64,000 nucleotides of DNA, from assembly GCA_900617105.1 (NCBI GenBank), contig UYFQ01000002.1:1-64000 (forward strand). Reading direction: 5' to 3'. Below the pieces are notes generated by a model that had not been told where the DNA came from, made no database searches, and worked only from the letters and a program-made list of their open reading frames with translations. This stretch comes from Hydrurus foetidus. Taxonomy: Eukaryota. Shown piece by piece: positions 11,498 to 24,660 of this stretch. Every line of letters starts with the position of its first letter. Position 1 is the first letter of the stretch. The position numbers and the translations under genes were made by a program.

Positions 11498-13036
11498 CTA
11501 CCCCTGCGCAGCCACCCGCTCGGCCTTGCTGTACAGCTTGTTCAGTGCACTGATGTAGGCCTTGGCCGACGCCACCACAATGTCGGGGTCAGACCCGACG
11601 CCATTGACCACCCGGCCGCTGTTTTGCAGCCGCACCGTCACTTCGCCCTGGCTTTCAGTCGAGCCGCTGATGGCGTTGACTGAATACAGCACCATTTCTG
11701 CACCACTTTTAACGTGCGACTCAATCGCTTTGAGTGATGCGTCGACAGGGCCGTTGCCGTCAGACTGGCCTTTTACCTCAGCGCCCTGCACCGTAAACAC
11801 CACGCTGGCTTGCGGGCGTTCACCAGTTTCGCTGTGCTGCGACAGCGACACAAAAGCGTATTGCTCAGCGGCGTGGGTCACGCTTTCGTCGCTGACCAGC
11901 GCCAGAATGTCTTCGTCAAAAATCTCGCTTTTGCGGTCGGCCAGCTCTTTGAATTTAGCGAAAGCGCTGTTGGTATCAGCTTCGCTTTCCATCGACACGC
12001 CGAGCTCTTGCAAGCGCTGCTTAAACGCGTTGCGGCCGCTGAGCTTGCCCAACACAATTTTGTTGGCTGACCAGCCCACGTCTTCGGCCCGCATGATCTC
12101 GTAGGTGTCACGCGCTTTCAGCACGCCGTCTTGGTGAATGCCGCTGGCGTGGGCAAACGCATTGGCACCGACAACCGCCTTGTTTGGCTGCACAACGAAA
12201 CCCGTCGTTTGGCTGACCATGCGGCTAGTGGCCAGGATGTGTTTTGCATCGATGTTCAAGTCAAGGTTGAAATAGTCTTTGCGGGTTTTGACCGCCATGA
12301 CAATTTCTTCAAGGCTGCAGTTGCCTGCACGCTCGCCCAAGCCATTGATGGTGCATTCGACCTGCCGCGCGCCGCCCAGCATCACGCCCGCCAATGAGTT
12401 AGCTACCGCCATGCCCAGGTCGTTGTGGCAATGCACAGACCACACGGCCTTGTCGCTGTTCGGAATGCGTTCACGCAAGTTTTTAATGAAGTTGCCATAC
12501 AGCTCTGGAATAGCGTAGCCCACCGTGTCGGGCACGTTAATGGTGGTGGCGCCTTCGTTGATGACGGCTTCCAGCACGCGACACAAAAAGTCGGGGTCTG
12601 AGCGGTAGCCGTCTTCGGGGCTGAACTCAATGTCGTCCATTAAGTTGCGGGCAAAACGAGTGGCCAATTTGGACTGTTCAAAGACCTGGTCAGGCGTCAT
12701 GCGCAGCTTTTTTTCCATGTGCAGCGCGCTGGTGGCCAAAAACAAATGGAGGCGGCCAGACTTGGCGGGCTTGAGCGCCTCGGCAGCGCGCGCAATGTCG
12801 CGGTCGTTGGCGCGTGCCAATGAACACACCGTTGAATCTTTGATGACTTCAGCAATCGCCTTTACGCATTCAAAATCGCCGTTTGAGCTGGCGGCAAAAC
12901 CAGCTTCAATCACGTCAACTTTCAGGCGTTCAAGCTGGCGCGCGATGCGCAGCTTTTCGTCGCGCGTCATCGAGGCGCCGGGCGATTGCTCGCCGTCACG
13001 CAAGGTGGTGTCGAAAATGATGAGTTTGTCGGTCAT
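11498..13036 (-). CDS. leuA: 2-isopropylmalate synthase
   Basis: [25 protein letters not shown]. Confidence 0.98.
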   Translation of the reverse strand: MTDKLIIFDTTLRDGEQSPGASMTRDEKLRIARQLERLKVDVIEAGFAASSNGDFECVKAIAEVIKDSTVCSLARANDRDIARAAEALKPAKSGRLHLFLATSALHMEKKLRMTPDQVFEQSKLATRFARNLMDDIEFSPEDGYRSDPDFLCRVLEAVINEGATTINVPDTVGYAIPELYGNFIKNLRERIPNSDKAVWSVHCHNDLGMAVANSLAGVMLGGARQVECTINGLGERAGNCSLEEIVMAVKTRKDYFNLDLNIDAKHILATSRMVSQTTGFVVQPNKAVVGANAFAHASGIHQDGVLKARDTYEIMRAEDVGWSANKIVLGKLSGRNAFKQRLQELGVSMESEADTNSAFAKFKELADRKSEIFDEDILALVSDESVTHAAEQYAFVSLSQHSETGERPQASVVFTVQGAEVKGQSDGNGPVDASLKAIESHVKSGAEMVLYSVNAISGSTESQGEVTVRLQNSGRVVNGVGSDPDIVVASAKAYISALNKLYSKAERVAAQG

Positions 13037-13053
13037 GTCATAGCTCCTTAGTC

Positions 13054-13096
13054 AGTCCTGATTTGATAGCTGCTTGCGCCCGTATTTATTGGGCTA
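13054..13096 (-). repeat. 43-bp repeat copy between attenuator and leuA
   Basis: ATAGCTGCTTGCGCCCGTATTTATTGGGCTA. Confidence 0.85.
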
Positions 13097-13150
13097 GAAC
13101 ACTATTTTTCTTAAAAAATACCACTTAAAGTAAGAACCCACAGCACAAAC

Positions 13151-13185
13151 AAAAACGGCCCGCTGCTGGTAGCAACGGGCCGTTT
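13151..13185 (-). terminator. leuA attenuator terminator
   Basis: Minus strand AAACGGCCCGTTGCTACCAGCAGCGGGCCGTTTTT. Confidence 0.8.
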
Positions 13186-13204
13186 AATCAGATGTGCTCG
13201 CGCG

Positions 13205-13261
13205 CTACTGACTCGGCCCGTTGGGCAAAATTAGTAGCAGTGCTAGGCAAATTCGGTTCAT
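13205..13261 (-). CDS. leuL: Leucine leader peptide MNRICLALLLILPNGPSQ
   Basis: 18 aa with 5 Leu codons (3 CTA); CAACGGGCCG in the leader is complementary to the terminator 5' arm. Confidence 0.8.
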   Translation of the reverse strand: MNRICLALLLILPNGPSQ

Positions 13262-13281
13262 GGGTTGCAATATAGCACAGA

Positions 13282-14136
13282 CTATTTGTGCAGCCCGCGC
13301 TCTTCGGGCTCATCAAGCGAGGTGGCAATAACGCTGGTCTGCTCGCCTTTGGCTTTGCGCCACGCGTAAACCGCATAGCCCGACAAGCCGTAAGCGATAA
13401 AAAATGCAAACACCACAATCGGTGGGTGAAGCCCGACCACGCCAATGCCAAGTGCTATCAAAACAATCACCGCAAACGGCACGCTCTTTTTCATTTGAAT
13501 GTCCTTGAAGCTGTAAAACGGCACGTTGGTCACCATGGTGAGGCCTGAGTACAGTGTTAACGCAAACATCAGCCAAGGCAGACTGATGTTGAACAAGCCT
13601 GCGTCTAGCATGTCGGTACCGCTAAAGTCACCGTCGTTGAGCAGCCAGATAAAACCCGCGACCAAGGCGGCGGCGGCGGGCGACGGCAACCCTTGAAAAA
13701 ACCGCTTGTCTACGACGGCCGTGTTCACGTTAAAGCGCGCCAGCCGCAGCGCCGCACAGGCGCAGTACACAAAGGCAGCCACCCAGCCCCAGCGGCCGAG
13801 TGTGCTCAAGCCCCACACATAAGCAATCAACGCTGGTGCGGCGCCAAAAGACACCATGTCAGACAGTGAATCCATCTGCTCGCCGAACGCGCTTTGCGTA
13901 TTGGTCATGCGGGCGATACGGCCGTCCAGGCTGTCGAGAATCATGGCGCTGAAGACACCGATGGCCGCTTGGTCGAAGCGGCCGTCCATTGCCATCACGA
14001 TGGCGTAAAAACCGCCAAACAGCCCAGCTAGTGTGAACAGATTGGGCAAAATGTAAATGCCCTTGCGGCGTTTTCGTACCACCACGTCAGGGTGGGTATC
14101 AGTTGGCGATATTGAGACTTGCTCACCATCGTGCAT
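13282..14136 (-). CDS. pssA: Phosphatidylserine synthase
   Basis: DSLDGRIAR...FGEQMDSLSD CDP-alcohol phosphotransferase motif. Confidence 0.95.
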   Translation of the reverse strand: MHDGEQVSISPTDTHPDVVVRKRRKGIYILPNLFTLAGLFGGFYAIVMAMDGRFDQAAIGVFSAMILDSLDGRIARMTNTQSAFGEQMDSLSDMVSFGAAPALIAYVWGLSTLGRWGWVAAFVYCACAALRLARFNVNTAVVDKRFFQGLPSPAAAALVAGFIWLLNDGDFSGTDMLDAGLFNISLPWLMFALTLYSGLTMVTNVPFYSFKDIQMKKSVPFAVIVLIALGIGVVGLHPPIVVFAFFIAYGLSGYAVYAWRKAKGEQTSVIATSLDEPEERGLHK

Positions 14137-14205
14137 AAAAATTCTCCTTCAATCTGACGCCCAGAATAACAAACCCACGGCCGGTCGAGCTTGCGCTTAA
14201 AAAAC

Positions 14206-14238
14206 AAAAAGCCGCGCAAGGCAGTTGCGCGGCTTTTT
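14206..14238. terminator. Intrinsic terminator after ilvC
   Basis: AAAAAGCCGCGCAA...TTGCGCGGCTTTTT. Confidence 0.8.
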
Positions 14239-14266
14239 GCAGGACAAAACCTGAATATCGATGTAC

Positions 14267-15337
<1,071 letters not shown>

Positions 15338-15344
15338 TCAAGAT

Positions 15345-15836
15345 TTAGACACGCAGAATGCGCTCACCGCGCCCGATGCCACTCGAACCCGTGCGCACGG
15401 TTTCCAAAATCGCAGTGCGGTCAATGGCTTCTAAAAATGCATCATTTTTATGCTGGTCGCCAGTCAACTCAATGGTGTAACTTTTCTCGGTCACATCGAT
15501 GATTCGCCCGCGAAATATGTCCGCCATGCGCTTCATTTCTTCGCGCTCTTTGCCCACCGCGCGCACCTTGACCATCATCAACTCGCGCTCGGTGTAGGCG
15601 CCTTCGGTCAGGTCAACGACTTTGACCACTTCAATCAGGCGATTCAAGTGCTTGGTGATTTGCTCAATCACGTCGTCTGAGCCGCTGGTCTGAATCGTCA
15701 TGCGCGACAGGGTGGGGTCTTCAGTTGGCGCAACGGTCAGGCTTTCAATGTTGTAGCCGCGGGCCGAGAACAAGCCGACCACGCGGGACAGTGCGCCGGG
15801 TTCGTTCTCAAGTAAAACTGCAATGATGTGTTTCAT
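15345..15836 (-). CDS. ilvH: Acetolactate synthase small subunit
   Basis: ENEPGALSRVVGLFSARGYNIESL. Confidence 0.97.
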   Translation of the reverse strand: MKHIIAVLLENEPGALSRVVGLFSARGYNIESLTVAPTEDPTLSRMTIQTSGSDDVIEQITKHLNRLIEVVKVVDLTEGAYTERELMMVKVRAVGKEREEMKRMADIFRGRIIDVTEKSYTIELTGDQHKNDAFLEAIDRTAILETVRTGSSGIGRGERILRV

Positions 15837-15930
15837 ATATCTGGACTCTTCATTTCGCCTGCCCTCCCCTGCGCACGGTAATGTGCAGGCTTGGCAAGCA
15901 ATAGATTTGTCAGTTAAGGGTTAACAAAGT

Positions 15931-15973
15931 ACTATTATTTTAATAGCTGCTCGCGCCCGTATTCATTGGGCTT
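15931..15973 (-). repeat. 43-bp repeat copy inside the ilv operon
   Basis: ACTATTATTTTAATAGCTGCTCGCGCCCGTATTCATTGGGCTT. Confidence 0.85.
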
Positions 15974-16014
15974 CAGGTCAGAACAATGCCTAAAACAGGC
16001 GCTATTGGAGGGTT

Positions 16015-17799
16015 TTAGAGGTCTTCAGCCCCCAACAGCATCTCATTGATGCCCTTGCCAGCTTGCACCATCGGAAACACATTTTCCTTCGAGTCAGTCC
16101 TGAAGTCCATGAAAACGGTGCGGTCCTTCAGCTTGCGCGCTTCACGCAGCGCAGGCTCAACATCCGATGGTTTTTCAATCAGCATGCCAACGTGGCCATA
16201 AGCCTCAGCCAGCTTCACAAAGTCAGGCAGTGCGTCCATGTAGCTGTGGCTGTAACGACTTTCGTAATCAAACTCTTGCCACTGGCGCACCATGCCCAAA
16301 TAGCGGTTGTTCAGCGACACAATTTTGACCGGCGTCTTGTACTGAAAGCAGGTGGACAGCTCTTGAATGCACATTTGAATCGAGCCTTCGCCGGTGATGC
16401 AGAACACCTCGGACTCAGGCTTGGCCAGCTTGATGCCCATGGCGTAGGGCAGGCCCACACCCATAGTGCCCAATCCGCCAGAGTTAATCCAGCGGCGCGG
16501 CTGGTCAAACTTGTAGTACTGCGCCGCCCACATCTGATGCTGACCTACGTCTGACGTGATGTAAACATCATCGTCTTTGGTCATGTTCCACAGCGTTTCA
16601 ACGACGTACTGCGGCTTGATGGTGCTGCCATCGCCCAGGCTGTACTTCATGCAGTCGCGCTTGCGCCAGGTGCCAATGGTTTCCCACCAGCCACCGAGTG
16701 CGTTGCCGTCAGGCTTCAGGCCAGATTCCTTGATCATGGCGATCAGCTCTAGCAACACGTCTTTCACGTCGCCGACTATGGGCACATCGACTTTCACGCG
16801 CTTGGAAATACTCGACGGGTCAATGTCGATATGGATGATCTTGCGTTCGTTTTGCGCAAAGTGCTTGGGGTTGCCAATCACGCGGTCGTCAAAACGCGCG
16901 CCCACAGCCAGCAACACGTCGCAGTTTTGCATCGCGTTATTGGCCTCATACGTGCCGTGCATGCCCAGCATGCCCAAAAATTTCGGGTCGCTAGCCGGGT
17001 ACGCGCCAAGGCCCATCAGTGTGTTGGTGCAGGGGTAGCCCAGCATGTCGACCAGGGTGCGCAGCTCGGCTGATGCGTTGCTCAGCAACACGCCGCCGCC
17101 GGTGTAGATGTACGGGCGCTTGGCCGTCATCAACAACTGCAAAGCTTTGCGAATCTGCCCGCCGTGACCTTTGCGCGACGGGTTGTAGCTGCGCATTTCA
17201 ACCGTAGCCGGGTAGCCGGTGTAGGGCACTTTGTTAAATGACACGTCTTTGGGAATGTCCACTACCACCGGGCCTGGCCTGCCGCTGCGGGCAATGTGAA
17301 AGGCTTTTTTCATCGTCTCGGCGATATTTTTGGCGTCTTTCACCAAAAAGTTGTGCTTGACGATGGGCCGGGTAATACCGACCGTGTCACATTCCTGAAA
17401 TGCATCCAGGCCAATCGCGTGCGTGGGCACCTGTCCGGTGATGATCACCATCGGAATGCTGTCCATGTACGCGGTTGCAATACCGGTAATGGCGTTCGTT
17501 ACGCCGGGGCCAGATGTAACCAGCGCCACGCCTACGTCGCCGGTGGCACGCGCGTAGCCGTCAGCGGCGTGTACGGCAGCCTGCTCGTGCCGCACCAGCA
17601 CGTGCTGAATGGTGTCTTGCTTGTAAAAAGCGTCGTAAATGTGCAGCACAGCACCGCCGGGGTAGCCCCAGATGTACTTGACGTTTTCAGCCTGCAGTGA
17701 CTTGACGAGGATTTCGGCGCCGCGAAGGTCTTGCGACGCGGAATTTGAATTGTTAGAAGCTGCGGCCGCCGAAGCGATTTCCGCTTTTGTGATTTCCAT
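16015..17799 (-). CDS. ilvI: Acetolactate synthase large subunit
   Basis: GYPGGA, RHEQAA, DVGQHQMW, TPP motif GEGS...NN. Confidence 0.96.
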   Translation of the reverse strand: MEITKAEIASAAAASNNSNSASQDLRGAEILVKSLQAENVKYIWGYPGGAVLHIYDAFYKQDTIQHVLVRHEQAAVHAADGYARATGDVGVALVTSGPGVTNAITGIATAYMDSIPMVIITGQVPTHAIGLDAFQECDTVGITRPIVKHNFLVKDAKNIAETMKKAFHIARSGRPGPVVVDIPKDVSFNKVPYTGYPATVEMRSYNPSRKGHGGQIRKALQLLMTAKRPYIYTGGGVLLSNASAELRTLVDMLGYPCTNTLMGLGAYPASDPKFLGMLGMHGTYEANNAMQNCDVLLAVGARFDDRVIGNPKHFAQNERKIIHIDIDPSSISKRVKVDVPIVGDVKDVLLELIAMIKESGLKPDGNALGGWWETIGTWRKRDCMKYSLGDGSTIKPQYVVETLWNMTKDDDVYITSDVGQHQMWAAQYYKFDQPRRWINSGGLGTMGVGLPYAMGIKLAKPESEVFCITGEGSIQMCIQELSTCFQYKTPVKIVSLNNRYLGMVRQWQEFDYESRYSHSYMDALPDFVKLAEAYGHVGMLIEKPSDVEPALREARKLKDRTVFMDFRTDSKENVFPMVQAGKGINEMLLGAEDL

Positions 17800-18139
17800 G
17801 ATGAACCTTTGTGAATTTCTCTGACGAAATACCTTGGGTGCCTTTTTGCCGACTCTTGTGGAGCGACATCAAGACTTGAGGCCAAAACCATGAGCAGATG
17901 CATCATCTGCCGAGTCATGACCCTTTTGTCGTTTGATTTGCCGTTTGAATTGCGACTCGCATTATGACATTTCAAAGTTACCAAGCCTGACGGTTGCACT
18001 GAAATTCACAGCAACAGCCGCTGGCAATGCCATAATTTGCCCTGCAACTCGAAATGCAGTCGGGAGCTACTGACTCATCCCACGGCCCACCTACTGACAA
18101 CAAGAACAACAGCTAGAGACAATCCGGAATTTCACACCG

Positions 18140-18706
18140 TTGGCCACCGAACTAGAACTCTCTGACTTCCTGAAAAGCGTGGAAAAACGCGCTTTCAAGC
18201 GAAGCGTTTATCACACGCGAGACGAAGAAGCTGCGCTGGACATCGTTCAAGATTCCATGATGAAGCTGGCGCACAGTTACGGCGATAAACCCATTGCGGA
18301 GCTGCCGATGCTGTTTCAACGCATTTTGTCGAACACCACCCTTGACTGGTTTCGCCGCCGCAAGACGCGCAACGCACTTTTTTCCAATCTCAGCGACTTT
18401 GAATCTGCCGGCGACGACGGAGATTTTGATATTTTGGAAACTTTAGAGCTGCAAACCAACTCTGAAGGCACAGAAAGCGCGCAAGATGCAACTGAACGGG
18501 CGCAAATATTGCTCCAGATCGAAGAGGCCGTAAAAGAGCTCCCCGGTCGTCAACGAGAAGCGTTCTTGATGCGTTACTGGGAGGAGATGGATGTGGCGGA
18601 GACCGCGCTTGCGATGGGTTGCTCGGAAGGCAGCGTGAAAACGCACTGTTCCAGAGCTGTTTTAGCTCTCAGTAAAGCCATGACTGCCAAAGGACTGAAA
18701 TTATGA
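18140..18706 (+). CDS. ECF RNA polymerase sigma factor
   Basis: Region 2 DIVQDSM; region 4 GCSEGSVKTH. Confidence 0.9.
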   Translation: MATELELSDFLKSVEKRAFKRSVYHTRDEEAALDIVQDSMMKLAHSYGDKPIAELPMLFQRILSNTTLDWFRRRKTRNALFSNLSDFESAGDDGDFDILETLELQTNSEGTESAQDATERAQILLQIEEAVKELPGRQREAFLMRYWEEMDVAETALAMGCSEGSVKTHCSRAVLALSKAMTAKGLKL

Positions 18707-19131
18707 TGAATTCACAACACAATCGCGCTGAAATTTTGCAAGACCGATTTGCCCTGAAGGCAACGTCGTACCTGTCCGCGGCAAGCACCGTTTTGCCCCA
18801 CGACATCACCGAGCGCCTTCGCGCTGCACGCGTTCAGGCCGTCGCCAAGCGCAAAATCGTCAGTCTTCAGACAGCCAGCAGCATCAGCGCCTCCGGCAAC
18901 AGTGCCGCACTAACTTGGGGCACAGGTGAGCGCATGGGTCTGTGGGGCTGGGCTGGCTCGTTCATGCCGCTGGTCGCGCTGGTGGTGGGTTTGCTGGTCA
19001 TCGACACTATTCAAAGCGACAACCGTACTCGCGAAATTGCCGAAGTAGATGCTGCGCTGCTTATCGACGACCTGCCGCCCAACGCATTTTCAGATCCCGG
19101 CTTTTTGCAGTACCTGAAGGCAGATCGCTAG
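18703..19131 (+). CDS. DUF3619-like membrane protein (putative anti-sigma)
   Basis: Single TM helix; LLIDDLPP C-terminus; coupled to the sigma gene. Confidence 0.7.
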   Translation: MMNSQHNRAEILQDRFALKATSYLSAASTVLPHDITERLRAARVQAVAKRKIVSLQTASSISASGNSAALTWGTGERMGLWGWAGSFMPLVALVVGLLVIDTIQSDNRTREIAEVDAALLIDDLPPNAFSDPGFLQYLKADR

Positions 19132-19137
19132 TCCTGC

Positions 19138-19908
19138 GTGTTTCGAGATCATTTCGATATGCCTGCACGCCAGCGCTCACTTGGCCTAACAGTCAAACCG
19201 TTTACCGTATGGGAAGCGGCAGCAATATGTTCGCTAGCGCTCATTGGCAGCGTGTCAGCACAAACGCCGCCTGCTGCCCCGGCACAACCCGCCGCCAAAG
19301 TGGCAATCCCCCCGGCCAAACCGGGCGCGCAGCAAACCAAAACGGCAGTTGTTACTGCCGGGCCGTCTTGGGCTGAGCTTACGCCGGCGCAGAAAGTTGC
19401 TTTGGCACCGCTGGCCACCAGCTGGCCCAGCACGGCCGAGCCGCAAAAGCGCAAGTGGCTGGAAATCGCAAAAAACTACCCGCGCTTAAGCCCGGCCGAT
19501 CAGGCCACCATGACTGGCCGCATGACCGAATGGGTGGCCATGAGTCCCCAGCAGCGCGCCGCTGCGCGGTTGAACTTTGCCAAAACCAAAGAGCTTTCTA
19601 CCCAGCTGACGCCTGACGAAAAGAAGGCGAAGTGGGAAACCTACCAGGCGCTAAGCCCCGAGCAAAAGAAAGACCTCGCCGACACGGCCGTGCAAAAGCC
19701 TGCTGGCGCAGCAACAGCGGTCAAACCCGTTGCACCGCAAAAATTGGCTGTAGTGCCCAAAACCAAAGCGCCGGCAAGCGCCCCTTCTGGTGCAGTAGCT
19801 ACCGCTACAACACCTTCGCCACCGGCAGCCCTGCCTGCAGCAGCCACTTTGGCACCAGCAGCGCCCCTAAACGCGCCTTTGGCCGTGCACCCAGCAGCCA
19901 AGCCCTGA
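19138..19908 (+). CDS. DUF3106-like secreted protein
   Basis: Repeated W-x-x-L-[ST]-P-x-Q units; Pro/Ala-rich ends. Confidence 0.7.
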   Translation: MFRDHFDMPARQRSLGLTVKPFTVWEAAAICSLALIGSVSAQTPPAAPAQPAAKVAIPPAKPGAQQTKTAVVTAGPSWAELTPAQKVALAPLATSWPSTAEPQKRKWLEIAKNYPRLSPADQATMTGRMTEWVAMSPQQRAAARLNFAKTKELSTQLTPDEKKAKWETYQALSPEQKKDLADTAVQKPAGAATAVKPVAPQKLAVVPKTKAPASAPSGAVATATTPSPPAALPAAATLAPAAPLNAPLAVHPAAKP

Positions 19909-20029
19909 GCATTGGGGCTGATAATCGAACGAAAGCATTTTTGATTCACGTCAAATGCTTTGTTAATTTTTGGGGTTGTTCAGCTGCTGCGCCAGCAGCA
20001 ACACGCGCACTTTGATAATCTCCGCCCCC

Positions 20030-20653
20030 GTGACCTCACCTACTCCCACTCCTACCCCTTTTTCGCACCCTACTCCCGAGCTTCCCACCCCGTCAATCAA
20101 GCGCCGAATGGCCTGCTGGGGGTATGAGGGCATGTTGATGTTTGGCGTAGTGTTTATTGCCGGCTATCTGTTCAGCACGCTCAGCCAAACCCGCAATGCG
20201 ATGGACAACCGCAACGCGCTGCAAATATTCGTATTTGTGGTGTTTGGCATTTACTTTGTCTGGTTTTGGGCCAAAGGCCAAACACTGGCGATGAAAACCT
20301 GGGACATTCGGGTCGTCAATAACGAAGGCAAAGCGATCACGCAAAAGCAGGCCTTGGTTCGGTACGTGTTGAGCTGGCTGTGGTTTTTACCGCCGCTTGC
20401 TGCCAGCTGGGCGCTGGGCTTGAGCGGCAAACAAGGCGGGTTTTTAGCGTTGGGCTGGGTCGTGGTGTGGGCGTTTTCAGCACGCTTTCATCCGTCTCGG
20501 CAGTTTTGGCACGACGCTTGGGCGGGCACCCGCTTGGTAACCTGGAAAGGCCCCGAAAGTCCGAAGCGACTGAAGCGCCTCACAGAGCTAAACGCCAAGA
20601 CCAACGCACGCATTGCCGAGCAAGAAGCAGCTCAAGCACAAAAAAGTCGGTAA
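20030..20653 (+). CDS. RDD family membrane protein
   Basis: RRMAC...GQTLAMK...FWHD; start approximate. Confidence 0.8.
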   Translation: MTSPTPTPTPFSHPTPELPTPSIKRRMACWGYEGMLMFGVVFIAGYLFSTLSQTRNAMDNRNALQIFVFVVFGIYFVWFWAKGQTLAMKTWDIRVVNNEGKAITQKQALVRYVLSWLWFLPPLAASWALGLSGKQGGFLALGWVVVWAFSARFHPSRQFWHDAWAGTRLVTWKGPESPKRLKRLTELNAKTNARIAEQEAAQAQKSR

Positions 20654-20664
20654 ACGATTTACTT

Positions 20665-21126
20665 ATGCCCGTAACGCCTACTGAAGCTGAACGCTCGCCC
20701 GAGACGTCTGCCCGGCTCATCACCGAGCGCAACTTGCACGAAGGCGTCAACCCGCAAAAAAGTCGCCGCGGCCTGAGCCGGGTTTGGCATGCTTTCGGCT
20801 ACTCGCTGGCCGGTTTGCGTGCGGGCTGGGGCGAAACAGCCTTTCGCCAAGAAGCCATTGCATCAGTGGTGCTACTTCCCACTGCGGTTTGGCTAGGCAC
20901 TACATGGGTAGAAACCGCGCTGCTGGCGGGCACGGTCGTTTTGATCATGATTGTTGAGCTGCTCAACACCGGTATTGAAACCGCCATTGACCGTATTGGG
21001 CCAGAGTGGCACGACTTGTCAAAGCGCGCCAAAGATACCGGCAGCGCGGCGGTACTGCTGAGTTTGTTGCTGTGCGCAGGAACCTGGACTCTGGCGCTTT
21101 ACTGGAGATTTGCCAGCGGTTTTTAG
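20665..21126 (+). CDS. dgkA: Diacylglycerol kinase
   Basis: ETAFRQE, ELLNTGIE, AKDTGSAAV. Confidence 0.92.
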   Translation: MPVTPTEAERSPETSARLITERNLHEGVNPQKSRRGLSRVWHAFGYSLAGLRAGWGETAFRQEAIASVVLLPTAVWLGTTWVETALLAGTVVLIMIVELLNTGIETAIDRIGPEWHDLSKRAKDTGSAAVLLSLLLCAGTWTLALYWRFASGF

Positions 21127-21127
21127 C

Positions 21128-23213
<2,086 letters not shown>

Positions 23214-23235
23214 TTTTAGAATTAAAACAAGTCTG

Positions 23236-24438
23236 ATGAACGAGAAAATTGATTATGTCATTCGTGTGCTGACCTCACCCCTAGAGGTGAATAGCGCCGA
23301 CTGGAACGCCCTGCTGGGCATGCAGTCGGCAAATGGGGCGCTAAACCCTTTCATGAAGCACGAATACCTGGCCGCCATGCACAGCAGCGGCAGCGCCACC
23401 CCCAAGACTGGCTGGACGCCGCGCTTTATCACCCTGTGGGACGGCGACACCTTGGCCGCTGGCTGCGCCCTGTACCTCAAAGACCATTCCTACGGCGAAT
23501 ACGTGTTTGACCACGCCTGGGCTAACGCCTACCACCAGCACGGCCTGCCGTACTACCCCAAGGCGCTGATTGCGCCGCCTTTTACACCGGTGCCGGGCCC
23601 GCGCTTGCTGGCACGCACGGCGGATGATCGCCTGGCACTGGTGCGAGCCGTTATTGCCTGGTGCAAGGAGCAAAAACTCTCGTCGCTGCACCTGCTTTTT
23701 ACCGCAGACGCCGGCGTGAAGGCCTGTGAAGACGCCGGGTTGATGCTGCGCCACACGGTGCAGTTTCATTGGACAAATGTAGCCCCCGCGTACAAAAGTT
23801 TCGACGACTTCCTCATGTCTTTGGCCCAGGAAAAGCGCAAAAAAATCCGCCAGGAGCGCAAAAAAGTAACGGACGCTGGCATCACTTTTCGCTGGGCGCT
23901 GGGTAAAGACATCAGCAATGACGATTGGGATTTTTTTTACCGCTGCTACGAACGCACGTACTACGAACACGGCAACGCGCCGTACCTGAGCCGTGCGTTT
24001 TTTAAAAGCATGCAAACCGACATGCCCGAAAACTGGCTGATGTTTGTTGCCGAGCATGGCGAGGGTGAAAAACGCCAGAAGATTGCTACTAGCTTGATAG
24101 CGATCACTGCCGACAGTACGAGCGCCACGGGCACACAACTCACTGCTTACGGGCGCTACTGGGGCGCGCTGGCCCGAGTTGACTGCCTGCATTTTGAAGC
24201 CTGCTATTACCAGCCACTGCAGTGGTGCATTGAGCAGGGGTTTGCATCGTTTGAAGGCGGCGCACAGGGCGAGCACAAAATGGCGCGCGCCTTGCTGCCG
24301 GTTAAAACCACCAGCGCTCACTGGCTGGCGCACCCGTCGTTCGCCGATGCGATCGAGCGGTTTTTAGAACGCGAAGGTGCTGGTATTGAAAACTACCTGG
24401 GCGAACTGGAAAGCCGCAGCCCTTTTAAGCAAACCTGA
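23236..24438 (+). CDS. GNAT/FemAB-like protein (DUF482 type)
   Basis: HSYGEYVFD, YGRYWG, LHFEACYYQ, EGGAQGEHK. Confidence 0.85.
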   Translation: MNEKIDYVIRVLTSPLEVNSADWNALLGMQSANGALNPFMKHEYLAAMHSSGSATPKTGWTPRFITLWDGDTLAAGCALYLKDHSYGEYVFDHAWANAYHQHGLPYYPKALIAPPFTPVPGPRLLARTADDRLALVRAVIAWCKEQKLSSLHLLFTADAGVKACEDAGLMLRHTVQFHWTNVAPAYKSFDDFLMSLAQEKRKKIRQERKKVTDAGITFRWALGKDISNDDWDFFYRCYERTYYEHGNAPYLSRAFFKSMQTDMPENWLMFVAEHGEGEKRQKIATSLIAITADSTSATGTQLTAYGRYWGALARVDCLHFEACYYQPLQWCIEQGFASFEGGAQGEHKMARALLPVKTTSAHWLAHPSFADAIERFLEREGAGIENYLGELESRSPFKQT

Positions 24439-24439
24439 T

Positions 24440-24482
24440 GCTATTTAATTTATAGCTGCTAGCGCCCGTATTTACTAGGATA
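24440..24482 (-). repeat. 43-bp repeat copy
   Basis: GCTATTTAATTTATAGCTGCTAGCGCCCGTATTTACTAGGATA. Confidence 0.8.
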
Positions 24483-24550
24483 CAGCACAAAAATACTACT
24501 ATTTAGCGGCCTAAACAGGCCTTAAACACCCTAAACAACCCCAGCCTTAT

Positions 24551-24657
24551 CGGGTCGGTATTTTTGCCCGCACGATTAAGTACCGGAGCCGCCAAATCTC
24601 GGCGGCCCCGTAGCGACTACAGCCGACACAGCCGGCAAAATACGTGCGGTTTTTTTT
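24551..24657 (+). ncRNA. Candidate structured RNA between convergent genes
   Basis: Several nested stems closed by CCGCACG/CGTGCGG followed by T8. Confidence 0.35.
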
Positions 24658-24660
24658 GCT

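Noticed and set aside
17800..17999. Ile/Leu/Val leader peptide upstream of ilvI
   Set aside because: The candidate frame (MMHLLMVL...) runs on into ilvI out of frame, and I saw no clear terminator with a U tract.
23341..24333. Long antisense ORFs (this one, also 25572-26597, 53731-54480, 57674-58480)
   Set aside because: They are shadow frames of well-supported GC-rich genes with no motifs of their own.
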